From positions 227,907 through 291,906 of the forward strand of contig CAVTSC010000002.1 of assembly GCA_963737355.1 (NCBI GenBank): DNA of 64,000 nucleotides, written 5' to 3'. Position numbers and translations under genes: made by a program. The notes below the pieces were generated by a model. It had not been told where the DNA came from and ran no database searches. It was given only the letters and a program-made list of their open reading frames with translations. Source of the stretch: an uncultured Pseudomonadota bacterium (lineage in GTDB: Bacteria > Pseudomonadota > Alphaproteobacteria > Acetobacterales > Acetobacteraceae). The number at the start of each line of letters is the position of its first letter. Within the stretch, counting starts at the first letter, position 1. Of the stretch, positions 54,232-63,043 are shown in pieces.

Positions 54232-55515
54232 TCAAGCATGCTTCACGACTTCCTCCTCCGCGCCCTTACCGGAGGTCTCCGGAGACGGCTCCCAGCCGAA
54301 CACGCTGCGTCCGCCATATTCATGGGACCGGGCGCGTTCCTCCGCGATCAGGGCGGCAAGCGAAGGCCCGGTGGCGGTCTGTTCGAGCCGGCGCGCCTGA
54401 TCATCAAGGCGTTGGATCGCCGCCAATTCCTCCTCGTTCCCAAGTTTCGCCTTGCGGACGGCAGACTTCATGACCTCGATCGTCCGGTCGTACACCTGCG
54501 TCGGGACCGGGAAGGGGTGCCGGTCCTTCCCGCCATGCGCGAGCGAAAACCTGGCCGGATCCGTGAAGCGGCAGGGCGCGCCATGCACCACCTCGGCCAC
54601 CATCGCAAGCGCCCGGACGGTGCGGGCGCCGACCCCCGGTACCAGCAATAGCTCGGCGAAGTCCTTCGGCCCGCAATCGGCCGCCGCGGCGAGGGCGCCA
54701 TGCAGCCGGCGCTCAACCACATCATCTGGCCGAACATCGTGATGCTCAGGCAAAACCAGATGTGGCAGGAGAGCCTGCGGATCCGCTTTGGCCACACCCG
54801 CCCTCCTACCCTCCATGCGCGTCAACTCGCGCACGATGCCGCCGGGGCCCATGCCGTTGAGCAGATCGAGTTGCCCATCACGTGATGCGGCCGCGCGACG
54901 GTCCGCGAGGTTGACGATCATCCCCTGTCCCGCCCCCTCAATAGCGGCATGGGGCGCGTCGACGAAGCTCTCCAGCCCCGCCGACAGCCAGTGATAGCGG
55001 CGCGCCTGCCGCCGCTCGCCGTTCATGCCTTGCTGCACCACCACCCAGCGCCCGTCATCCGCAACGATGAAGCCGTGCAGGTAAAGGTCAAAACCGTCCT
55101 GGAGCGCGGCACTGTCAACCTTCGCAACCAATCGGCTCGACCGGGCGAGCGCGGCGCCATCCAGGCCGACGCGTTCGCTGACCGTGATAAGCTCACCCGG
55201 CGTCGCCCGGCTGTGCTTTCCACGGCCCCCACAGACGTGGATGCCGAGTTCGTCGGATAGCGGCGCCAGGCCGCGCTTCAGCGCGCCGAGCACGCTGGTC
55301 GTGATCCCAGACGAATGCCAGTCCATCCCCATCACGGCGCCGAAGGACTGGAACCAGAACGGATGGGCCAAGCGCCGCAGCACCTCGTCGCGCCCGTATT
55401 CCAGCACGATGGCCTCCACAATCACGGCACCCAGGCGGGCCATCCGCTGGCCGAGCCAAGCCGGCACCCGGCCGCCATGCAGCGGCAGGTCGGCGCTGCC
55501 CGCGCGCCGCACCAT
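54232..55515 (-). CDS. DUF763 family protein
   Basis: ADLPLHGGRVPAWL, MGMDWHSSGITT, GVGARTVRAL, HGGKDRHPFPV. Confidence 0.88.
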   Translation of the reverse strand: MVRRAGSADLPLHGGRVPAWLGQRMARLGAVIVEAIVLEYGRDEVLRRLAHPFWFQSFGAVMGMDWHSSGITTSVLGALKRGLAPLSDELGIHVCGGRGKHSRATPGELITVSERVGLDGAALARSSRLVAKVDSAALQDGFDLYLHGFIVADDGRWVVVQQGMNGERRQARRYHWLSAGLESFVDAPHAAIEGAGQGMIVNLADRRAAASRDGQLDLLNGMGPGGIVRELTRMEGRRAGVAKADPQALLPHLVLPEHHDVRPDDVVERRLHGALAAAADCGPKDFAELLLVPGVGARTVRALAMVAEVVHGAPCRFTDPARFSLAHGGKDRHPFPVPTQVYDRTIEVMKSAVRKAKLGNEEELAAIQRLDDQARRLEQTATGPSLAALIAEERARSHEYGGRSVFGWEPSPETSGKGAEEEVVKHA

Positions 55516-55701
55516 CAGGATGCTGTCGCCAGAACTGGCGCGGGTGCGCCCAGGATTCTTTCGTGCGATCCCGGTAGGCGTGATCCGGCCTCCTCCCACA
55601 GGGGGGGGCTGAAGTTTGATATGGCCAAGCAGACCGGCCTGATCCCGGTCTGCGCTTTGCGTTTCAGTTTGCGATTCATCGCTGGTAGCATAGCGCTGTC
55701 C

Positions 55702-55716
55702 GAACAAAGAGTGAAC
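55702..55716. promoter_or_regulatory. LexA box upstream of DUF763
   Basis: GAAC-aaagagt-GAAC. Confidence 0.6.
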
Positions 55717-55910
55717 ATCAAAAGCGAACCCAGATTGCACGGATCGGCAGCCGCACCGCGGCTGTCGCGGCGCGCGTGCTCGCCAGCCTGCAGTCGTGCC
55801 TGGCTTCGTGCCCGGATCGCGGCCGCATTCTCAGCTGGATCTGGATTGTAGTACCTCGCCGGGGAGTCCCCAGCGAGACGAAATAAAGCTTCGGGAAGAA
55901 AGAGAACCTC

Positions 55911-56219
55911 TTAACCAGTATAATTGAGCGCCATGAAAACACTCTCTGGAGAGACCGGCCGTGGACCGGGGGGGTATTGTCTCGTGGGTACAGCCTGCAG
56001 CCCTTCGACATATTCCCGAATTTCCCATGCAGTCCATCCAGATGCACGCCCACCAACATGCAGTTTGCGTTGTGGGGGAAATTTCTCGGCCTTGATCAAA
56101 CGATAGATCGTATCCCGTGACGTGTACCCAGTCATCGCCATGACATCCCAAATGCGGAGGAGTCGGACAGCCTCTTCGGCCTCGGTCAACTTGGGTAAAT
56201 GTTTCGATTTGCTCTGCAT
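55911..56219 (-). CDS. alpA: AlpA-family regulator / recombination directionality factor
   Basis: LLRIWDVMAMTGYTSRDTIYRLIKAEKFPPQRKL..RASGW. Confidence 0.88.
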   Translation of the reverse strand: MQSKSKHLPKLTEAEEAVRLLRIWDVMAMTGYTSRDTIYRLIKAEKFPPQRKLHVGGRASGWTAWEIREYVEGLQAVPTRQYPPGPRPVSPESVFMALNYTG

Positions 56220-56373
56220 CAGCCAACATTAACGAAGCTGCTTTTAGAAAGTCACGTTTTATGTACTTTTTGCTGTTCGCCGGTCGTGGCTGAACTTTTT
56301 TAAATTTTCTAAAACATATATTTCAGAATATTTTGAAAATATATTTTATCCTGTCGTAAAAAGAGGCGCGCGA

Positions 56374-56529
56374 TCATGCCGTCCTCCGCGGGATTTGATC
56401 CTGATCATCCGACCGTTTCCGTGGGGCGTCCCCGTTTTCTGCGTCTGGATTTCGCTGCCCACCAAATTCAACCTTGTCGTACCAGTTTGCCAATTTCTGC
56501 AGCGCCTGGCCCAGCTGGCGCGTATCGCG
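56374..56529 (-). pseudogene. C-terminal remnant of a paralogous integrase
   Basis: RDTRQLGQALQKLANWYDKV...DQIPRRTA* versus the intact RYTPQLRKALQKLADWYDKV...DEIPLKAQ*. Confidence 0.8.
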
Positions 56530-56695
56530 GCTCTTATTATATCTGCTTCCCAGGCTCGTGGCGCGCGATGTACTTAAACCCTAAAAGTCGCGAAAAATCG
56601 ACCTTTTTAATTCTTCCCGCAGTTGCCGCGTATTCTGAAACAATTGTTAAATTTTTTGTGCAATTAAAGTTTAAAATGTACTTCAGCTTTTCCTT

Positions 56696-58090
56696 CTATT
56701 GCGCTTTCAACGGTATTTCGTCGTCATCTTGAACAGACTGAATGCCATCAATTGTAAGAGCGAACGTTCCAGGTTTCCCTGAAGCAGCATCTTTTTCAGA
56801 CTTCACTTTGTCGTACCAATCCGCCAGCTTTTGTAGGGCTTTTCGGAGCTGGGGTGTATATCGGCTTTGGTTGTAATTGCTGCCAAGGGCAGTCCGGATG
56901 TCAGTATGATTCAGCGCTGCCCCCTCAGCGATTTCGGAGGATATGCCGAGATGGCCCATGCTTGTGGACGCCGTTCGCCGCAGGTCATGCCGGGCCCAGC
57001 CACCGAAACCACATTCCACAAAAATCTGCTTGGTAACCTTATCCCAATTGGACAACGGAGTACCATGGCGGTTTGGAAAGATCAGGTCCGTTGGCTTCGA
57101 CCCTTCCTGCTTCACGGTTTCCAGGAGCGCCACGGCCTGGCGGGGCAAGGGGATCGTGAACGGAAGCTTCACTTTGTCAGGTTTGGTATTCTTTATCCTG
57201 GTGCCGGGAATGATCCATAGCTTATCGGATACCTCACACCATCTGGCCTGGCAGACCTCATCCAGCCTGACTGCGGTCAGCAACATGAACCTGAGCGCTT
57301 TGGCGTGCATCGACGGCTTCGACCGGCTTTTAAAGTTTTCCAGGACCGGCAGAAGGACTGCCAGTTCTTTTTCGTCCAGATACCGCAAGCGCTTCTTTAC
57401 GGCCCCGGCAGGCTGCTCAAGCAGCACCAGCTCCGGTGACATGTAATCCCTGGCAACGGCCCATTTGAACATGGGCTTAACATATCGCACGGCCGCCGCG
57501 GCGGAGGTCCGGGAGGGCCATGTATCGATGGTTTTTAGGAGCTCAGCCCGCGTCAGGCGCTTCGCTGGGGAAGCCAGATGGGTCGCGAAAACACTTTCAA
57601 CCCGGCGCTTGCCGTCACCCCGTTTGGCCTGGTCAGGTAGCTTGATTGGATCTGTCCGGCCAGGCTCCGGTGTCGGAGCCGTCCACCATGACTTCCGAAC
57701 GGGCCCCACCACGGCGGCATAGAGGTCTATTACTTCCTGCAGGGTTAGTTCAGGGGGAGGGGGAGTCCTCGCGGCTTCGCGTTTGGCCTGGCGTTCCGCG
57801 TTCGGGTCTTCGCCCTTATGGCGGACCTGGTGGCGTGTGATCTCGGCGGCATCGCGGGCCTTTTTGATCCCCAGGGCAGGATACTCACCCAGGGAAAACC
57901 GTTTAAGCTGACCGCTTTGGTCGCGCACCATGAGCGACCACTTGGCCCGGTTGTTCTTCAGGGGCAGAATACGGAGGCCAGGCGTTCGGATATCGATGAG
58001 CTCTGTTTTGGTGCCATGCTCTGCATAGTCATCTATGATCTTCTTGATCGCAGAGTCAGTTAACTGAGGTTTCTCGTCACTTTTTGCCAT
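56696..58090 (-). CDS. Tyrosine integrase with an N-terminal arm-binding domain (P4-like)
   Basis: SLGEYPALGIKKAR, TAVRLDEV, HDLRRT, LNH, NYNQSRY; adjacent to att. Confidence 0.95.
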   Translation of the reverse strand: MAKSDEKPQLTDSAIKKIIDDYAEHGTKTELIDIRTPGLRILPLKNNRAKWSLMVRDQSGQLKRFSLGEYPALGIKKARDAAEITRHQVRHKGEDPNAERQAKREAARTPPPPELTLQEVIDLYAAVVGPVRKSWWTAPTPEPGRTDPIKLPDQAKRGDGKRRVESVFATHLASPAKRLTRAELLKTIDTWPSRTSAAAAVRYVKPMFKWAVARDYMSPELVLLEQPAGAVKKRLRYLDEKELAVLLPVLENFKSRSKPSMHAKALRFMLLTAVRLDEVCQARWCEVSDKLWIIPGTRIKNTKPDKVKLPFTIPLPRQAVALLETVKQEGSKPTDLIFPNRHGTPLSNWDKVTKQIFVECGFGGWARHDLRRTASTSMGHLGISSEIAEGAALNHTDIRTALGSNYNQSRYTPQLRKALQKLADWYDKVKSEKDAASGKPGTFALTIDGIQSVQDDDEIPLKAQ

Positions 58091-58309
58091 ATCGCCTATG
58101 CGCCTGGGTTAAAATTAGGTTTCAGCTGAAATTTTTAGGTTACTTTTAGGTTTCAGAAAACCTGCGATATCCTACAACCATATCGGACATCATCGGACAC
58201 TAAATCAACTAAAAAGAGCGACACTGTGCCATAACCCATTGATTTAATGTTGACAAATTTAAAAATGCGCAGAGAATGCCTTATTTAAAATAACGAATTT
58301 TTTCTTTAT

Positions 58310-58361
58310 CAACTGATTCGTAATCAGTAGGTCCCCGGTTCAATCCCGGGTGTCGGCACCA
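58310..58361 (+). mobile_element. att site: 3' half of tRNA-Thr(CGT)
   Basis: Anticodon arm CTGAT-TCGTA-ATCAG, T-arm GGTTCAATCC and CCA end are present, but the acceptor 5' strand and D-arm are absent. An IHF-like TAACCCATTGATT (58232) and TTAGGTT repeats lie to the left. Confidence 0.85.
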
Positions 58362-58390
58362 GTCTTTTCAAGGGGTTACTGGCGGTTTTG

Positions 58391-58413
58391 GTTCAGCTTC
58401 GGCTGAACTTTTT
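58391..58413 (+). terminator. Intrinsic terminator
   Basis: GTTCAGC-TTCG-GCTGAAC-TTTTT. Confidence 0.8.
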
Positions 58414-58418
58414 GGTTT

Positions 58419-58725
58419 TGGGTCCCGTCTGGGTCCCGACGATGAATATTTTGCCTGTTTTGGAAAAAGACTGGAGATTTGTCAGCACCAAAATTCGCGA
58501 ATGACGGCGTGGGACCCAAACTGGGACCCAACACATCCAGAATATGATCGGGCAGCCAAAGAGGGGCGTACGTGGAAGGTGCGCCGGATGCATAGTGCGG
58601 CGGACGACACGGCCGGGAGGGACCGGATGGTCGCAGCTGGAAAGGCACCTTCAACCGTCTCCCCCCTCTCAACATTTTGAACCGGGTCCACAAGGTCGCC
58701 AGGTCGGAATGGGTCTATAGAATCG
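58419..58725 (+). mobile_element. Arm-type repeats and an integrase remnant from a second element
   Basis: TGGGTCCC x2 (58419, 58430) and inverted GGGACCCA x2 (58511, 58523); decayed RDRMVAAGKAPSTV / LNRVHKVARSEW. Confidence 0.55.
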
Positions 58726-58769
58726 GTCCCCCTCTGACCGGAATCGTCCATCCGAAGCCGCGGACACCC

Positions 58770-59187
58770 TGTGTCAGTTGCAGGTCACACAACGTCTTCC
58801 AGAGCGTGCCGATACGAACCGACACACCGTGCGCCGAGAGCAGCCAGTCCCGCAGATCGCCCAAGGTCGCTGACGGATGCAACTCAACCTCGCGTCGTAG
58901 CGCTGCCTCCCAACCCGCCAGCCATGGTGACCTGCGATAGCCGCGAGCTTGGCGGAAACGCTGCCCGTGCGGTCCCGCCGCTGCCGTGCTTTATGACGTA
59001 GAACACAGACAGAAAAACGCTCCGCCGCTTGCCGGTACGTCAAATCATGCGCCGCCAAAACCCGTTCCCGAAGGTCCTGTGAGCAGGAACGCCCCGTTGC
59101 CAAGCCATCAAACCCTGCGAACACTGCCGGAGACTTATGAATCACACTTCAACCCCACGCCGGAAGCCCAATTCTATTCCAGATGAG
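58770..59187 (-). mobile_element. IS630-family remnant
   Basis: SQDLRERVLAA...AAERF...RRDRTGSV; ATLGDLRDWL; TAGAGCGG terminus. Confidence 0.7.
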
Positions 59188-59897
59188 ACCGCTCTAGCTA
59201 GGCTGTGGAGTCCATAATAATCCCATTCCCCAAAATCGTTCCGCCTGCCTCGCAGGATTGCCATGCGGCGTGCAACGCGGATTTGCTCATTGGACACGTC
59301 GGGCCGCGGATCGTGGAATAGGCCGCGTTGTTGTGTGAAGGGGGACATATGCGGAACCCAGGACGGAAGTCAACTCGGATTAGCCGTGGCAGCCTGTGTT
59401 GCGACACCATAACGGGATAGGCATACTATCCCTCAGATAGGGTTTGACGCCCTTGGAGAAAGCGCGATGGTGCAAATAACGGCGGCAACGACACGGTAAT
59501 GGATATCAGCGACAATAACATCACGCTCGTGGCGGAGACGCCGTCCGCATGACCCAACTCACATGACCTGCATATCGGGCATTGGTGCCGCCGGGATCGT
59601 CACCACCAAGGACACGGCTGACTACCTTGCGCGTACCCATTCGGCGGTGCCGCTGCGGAGGCTCTCGGGCCTCAACGGAGCCGGGGTCTGGATCAGGTGT
59701 GCGGCGGTAACGGCTGTGCAACGTCCGATCCCGGAGAACATACCGTCAAGTGAGACCGTCAGGGCGGTAATTTAAATGGGCGCCCAGCGTCACGCCGCCG
59801 AGGAGGATATCCCCTCCGTCCGGGCCGCTGCGAATACTCGCGGCGGGCATGTTTGGTGTGAGGCATTAGCACAGGTCGTGCCAGTGCCCCACCGGAA

Positions 59898-61607
59898 TTG
59901 AGGGTGCCCAAGATGCCACAACGGCCCGCGCCGGCCAAAGCTGCACCCGCTGAATCGCTCGGATACTTGCTGAAATCTCATTATCTCGCGGACGAGTTCC
60001 CGGGCGTCATCAATACGGCCAAGTTCGCCGAGTTCTGCGTCGCCAACCACACGACGCTGGACCCGGTAGGCGACCTGTTGAAGCGGACCACACTCTACGG
60101 GATGTTTTCGGTTCCACGCTCGACAACGCGCCGAATGATCGCGCTCCCGCACCCGGCCAGCCAGTTGGCGTTGTCGCTCATAATCGCAGAGAACCGGGTG
60201 GCTATTGCCCAGACTGTCAAGGTGTCCGGTCTGAGCCTCTACAACACCGCCTCGGAAAAGAAGCGCGAGCGCACCTTTGTCGGCGTCGATTTCAAGGCTC
60301 GGACCAAACGTGAGGCGGAGATTCTCGCGCGCTACCCTGTGATTTTGATGACTGATATCGGGAATTTTTTCCACACCATCTATTCGCATTCATTGCCGTG
60401 GGCGGTGCTCGGCAAGCAGCATGTGAAGGATGTCAGGGAGGGCAAAGACAAGAAAGCGCAGACAGCGCTGGCCTTGCATTGGTCCAGCCAGCTCGACCTG
60501 GCGATTCAGCGCGGGAACTCGAGGGAGACGTTCGGTATTCCCGTTGGCCCCGACACTTCGCGGATAATTGCAGAAATACTGCTGTCAGGAATCCATGCGG
60601 ACAAGCCACTCCGCGATTTGCTGAAAGACCGGGACGGATATCGCCTGGTCGACGACTTCTTCATCGGATTCAACGATGAAGCGATGGCACGGCGGTGCCT
60701 GGAGTCGCTGCGTCGCGCGCTTTGGGAGTTCAACCTCCATTTAAATGAGACCAAAACGCGCATAGCGCCAGCAAGCTCGTTCTTCGATGGCGGCTGGAAG
60801 CATGAGATTGATACTTTCCCGATCCCTGGCCGATCGGCGATCAAGCAGCGCGAGGCAGTGCAGCGCCTTATGGAGATAACCCTACACCATTGCAGCGTCC
60901 GTGGTGATTCCCTGCCCGCCAGCTTCTTCTGCGGCCGACTGACCTCACTGAAGAACATCGCGCTCGCGAACTTTAATTTTATCCGAGACTGCCTGCTGCG
61001 TGTCTCCCGAGACTTTACCGTCTGCCTCAAATCGGTCACCAAATTCGTGACGCAATACCGCTCGCTGCTGTCTGATGCGGAATCGCGGGCGGTGATGCGC
61101 AGGTGGTGCGGGCAGGTATTCAGCGCGCACACGGCGCGCGGGCACGATCTAGAAATCGCCTCGACGTTGGTGATATGTGGCGTGTTGGGCCTTGCCGTGG
61201 ACCAGGATTTTATCGCCTCTAGAGACCGCGTCGTCTCGCCCGTCGTATTGGCCATTCTGGGGCTGCTAAGCGCCGATGGTCTGCTGAAGGAGCCCTGGGA
61301 TGACTGGAAGACGCCCGCATCAGGATCAGGGTCGATCACTGATGGCCGATACTGGCTGCCGAATTACGAGGCAGTCCTCCGCAGCTGGACCCAGGATGTG
61401 AACCTTATTGCCGCAATGCAGGGTGATAAACTGTTTGGCCCCCTCCTGGCTGCGAAGGTGACGTTCCTGGACGATTTAGACTTTTTGAGCCAGGCGAAGC
61501 CGGAGCCCAAGCTGCCGCCGTGGCGGACGGCAGCGAATAAATCGTCGGTGGCTCCGCGCGAACTCGTCAGGAGCGGCAGGACGACGTCGTCGGAGCAGTA
61601 CGAGTAA
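59898..61607 (+). CDS. Reverse transcriptase, class 1 UG/Abi-like, with a helical C-terminal domain
   Basis: RMIALPHP, DIGNFFHTIYSHSLPWA, GIPVGPDTSRIIAE, YRLVDD, LNETKT. Confidence 0.88.
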   Translation: MRVPKMPQRPAPAKAAPAESLGYLLKSHYLADEFPGVINTAKFAEFCVANHTTLDPVGDLLKRTTLYGMFSVPRSTTRRMIALPHPASQLALSLIIAENRVAIAQTVKVSGLSLYNTASEKKRERTFVGVDFKARTKREAEILARYPVILMTDIGNFFHTIYSHSLPWAVLGKQHVKDVREGKDKKAQTALALHWSSQLDLAIQRGNSRETFGIPVGPDTSRIIAEILLSGIHADKPLRDLLKDRDGYRLVDDFFIGFNDEAMARRCLESLRRALWEFNLHLNETKTRIAPASSFFDGGWKHEIDTFPIPGRSAIKQREAVQRLMEITLHHCSVRGDSLPASFFCGRLTSLKNIALANFNFIRDCLLRVSRDFTVCLKSVTKFVTQYRSLLSDAESRAVMRRWCGQVFSAHTARGHDLEIASTLVICGVLGLAVDQDFIASRDRVVSPVVLAILGLLSADGLLKEPWDDWKTPASGSGSITDGRYWLPNYEAVLRSWTQDVNLIAAMQGDKLFGPLLAAKVTFLDDLDFLSQAKPEPKLPPWRTAANKSSVAPRELVRSGRTTSSEQYE

Positions 61608-61731
61608 CGATCTTTGTAAGGAACGGCAGCGGCAATCCATGAGACATACCGGAACGATAAATTACCCGTCCCGACTGGCACGGTGCAACTAATGGAGAAA
61701 GAGACCATGATCGCTGCCGGTTGGGGAAAAC

Positions 61732-63036
61732 ATGGATAAGAAGCACTTTTATCGCGTGGGCAACCATTCCAACTCCCTCGACGATCTGCCGACAGATCCC
61801 GACGAACTGGACACGCTGACAAATATGGCTCGAAAGCATATCGAGCCATGGCTCTCGGCGGTTTTCCAAGCCGAGCACCTTAATTTGCTGGTTGGCAGCG
61901 GGTTCACCACAGCGGTGGGTTACATCGCGGGTGTTGGGACCACCGGAATGACCAAAGTCAAATTCGGAACGCCGCATGACACCGCCATCGATACCCATGC
62001 CCAAGCCACCGCGACTGCCATGAAAAGGGGGACGGCAAATATCGAGGATCAGTTCCGAAGTGCGCTCGCTCTGCTCGAAGGTCTGAGCGTTATCGACAAG
62101 AGGGCAGAAGAGACCCTCAAGGATGGGATCGATGCGCAAATGTCCGGCTTCCTCACGTCACTATTGAAAACGGAAAGCGGGATTGTTGCTGGAAAGGACC
62201 CAGCTTCCAAGGATGCCGCCCAAGGAGTTCTGCAATCATTCCTATTGAGTTTTGGAAGCCGCGCTGCGTCTCGCGAACGCTTGCACGTTTTCACAACGAA
62301 CTACGATCGCCTGATTGAGCATGGCTGCGATTTTGCCGGTCTCCGGATCATCGACAGATTTGTCGGCGCTCTGAATCCGGTCTTTCGGGCGTCGCGGGTT
62401 GAAGTTGACGTCCACTATAATCCCCCCGGCATTCGGGGAGAGCCGCGGTTCATGGAGGGCGTCATTCGCCTAACTAAGCTCCATGGCTCGCTGGATTGGT
62501 TCTTCGACAGAGGCGAAAGACGGATCTACCGGAAAGGAATACCATTCGGAGCCCCCGCGGATCATACCGACATCCCCAAAAAGCCCGTCGATACTGTCAT
62601 GATCTATCCCAATCCCGCGAAGGACATCGAAACGAATCAATATCCTTACGCAGAGCTTTTTCGCGATTTCGCGGCTGCGGCCTGCCGACCCAACGCGGTT
62701 GTCGTGACCTATGGCTATGGCTTCGGCGACGATCACGTCAATAGAGTGCTGCTCGACATGCTGGCGATCCCGTCGACGCATTTGGTGATCATGGCCTATT
62801 CGGCTGATGATCGTCTCAAAACCTTCATTGAAAAAACACGAGATGCACAGGTCTCCCTGTTGATTGGCCCGCATTTCTCAGATCTTCAAACGCTAGTCGC
62901 GAACTATCTGCCAAAGCCGGCGCTCGACTACATATCCGGCCGAATGACAGAATTGCTAAAGCATCGTCCAGGCGACCCGAAGGCCAGCGATCCGCCTGCT
63001 GCGCCGCCTTCAACGTCTGCGGCGGCCCCGGTATGA
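61732..63036 (+). CDS. SIR2-like NADase of a Sir2-HerA system
   Basis: LLVGSG, FTTNYD, KLHGS, GYGFGDDHVN. Confidence 0.92.
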   Translation: MDKKHFYRVGNHSNSLDDLPTDPDELDTLTNMARKHIEPWLSAVFQAEHLNLLVGSGFTTAVGYIAGVGTTGMTKVKFGTPHDTAIDTHAQATATAMKRGTANIEDQFRSALALLEGLSVIDKRAEETLKDGIDAQMSGFLTSLLKTESGIVAGKDPASKDAAQGVLQSFLLSFGSRAASRERLHVFTTNYDRLIEHGCDFAGLRIIDRFVGALNPVFRASRVEVDVHYNPPGIRGEPRFMEGVIRLTKLHGSLDWFFDRGERRIYRKGIPFGAPADHTDIPKKPVDTVMIYPNPAKDIETNQYPYAELFRDFAAAACRPNAVVVTYGYGFGDDHVNRVLLDMLAIPSTHLVIMAYSADDRLKTFIEKTRDAQVSLLIGPHFSDLQTLVANYLPKPALDYISGRMTELLKHRPGDPKASDPPAAPPSTSAAAPV

Positions 63037-63043
63037 GGCGATC

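Noticed and set aside
26471-58090. Prophage
   Set aside because: No capsid, terminase, tail or lysis genes.
58285-58361. Complete tRNA-Thr gene
   Set aside because: The 5' acceptor strand and D-arm are replaced by AT-rich sequence; only the att duplication remains.
59400-59897. Retron msr/msd or DRT ncRNA upstream of the RT
   Set aside because: No long flanking inverted repeats. The stretch reads like a decayed ORF (RBS and ATG at 59467, broken frames), and the RT lacks the retron VTG signature. A short hairpin at 59414-59432 is not enough.
59898-61607. Group II intron or DGR reverse transcriptase
   Set aside because: No YADD/maturase domain, no intron ends, and no template/variable repeat pair seen.
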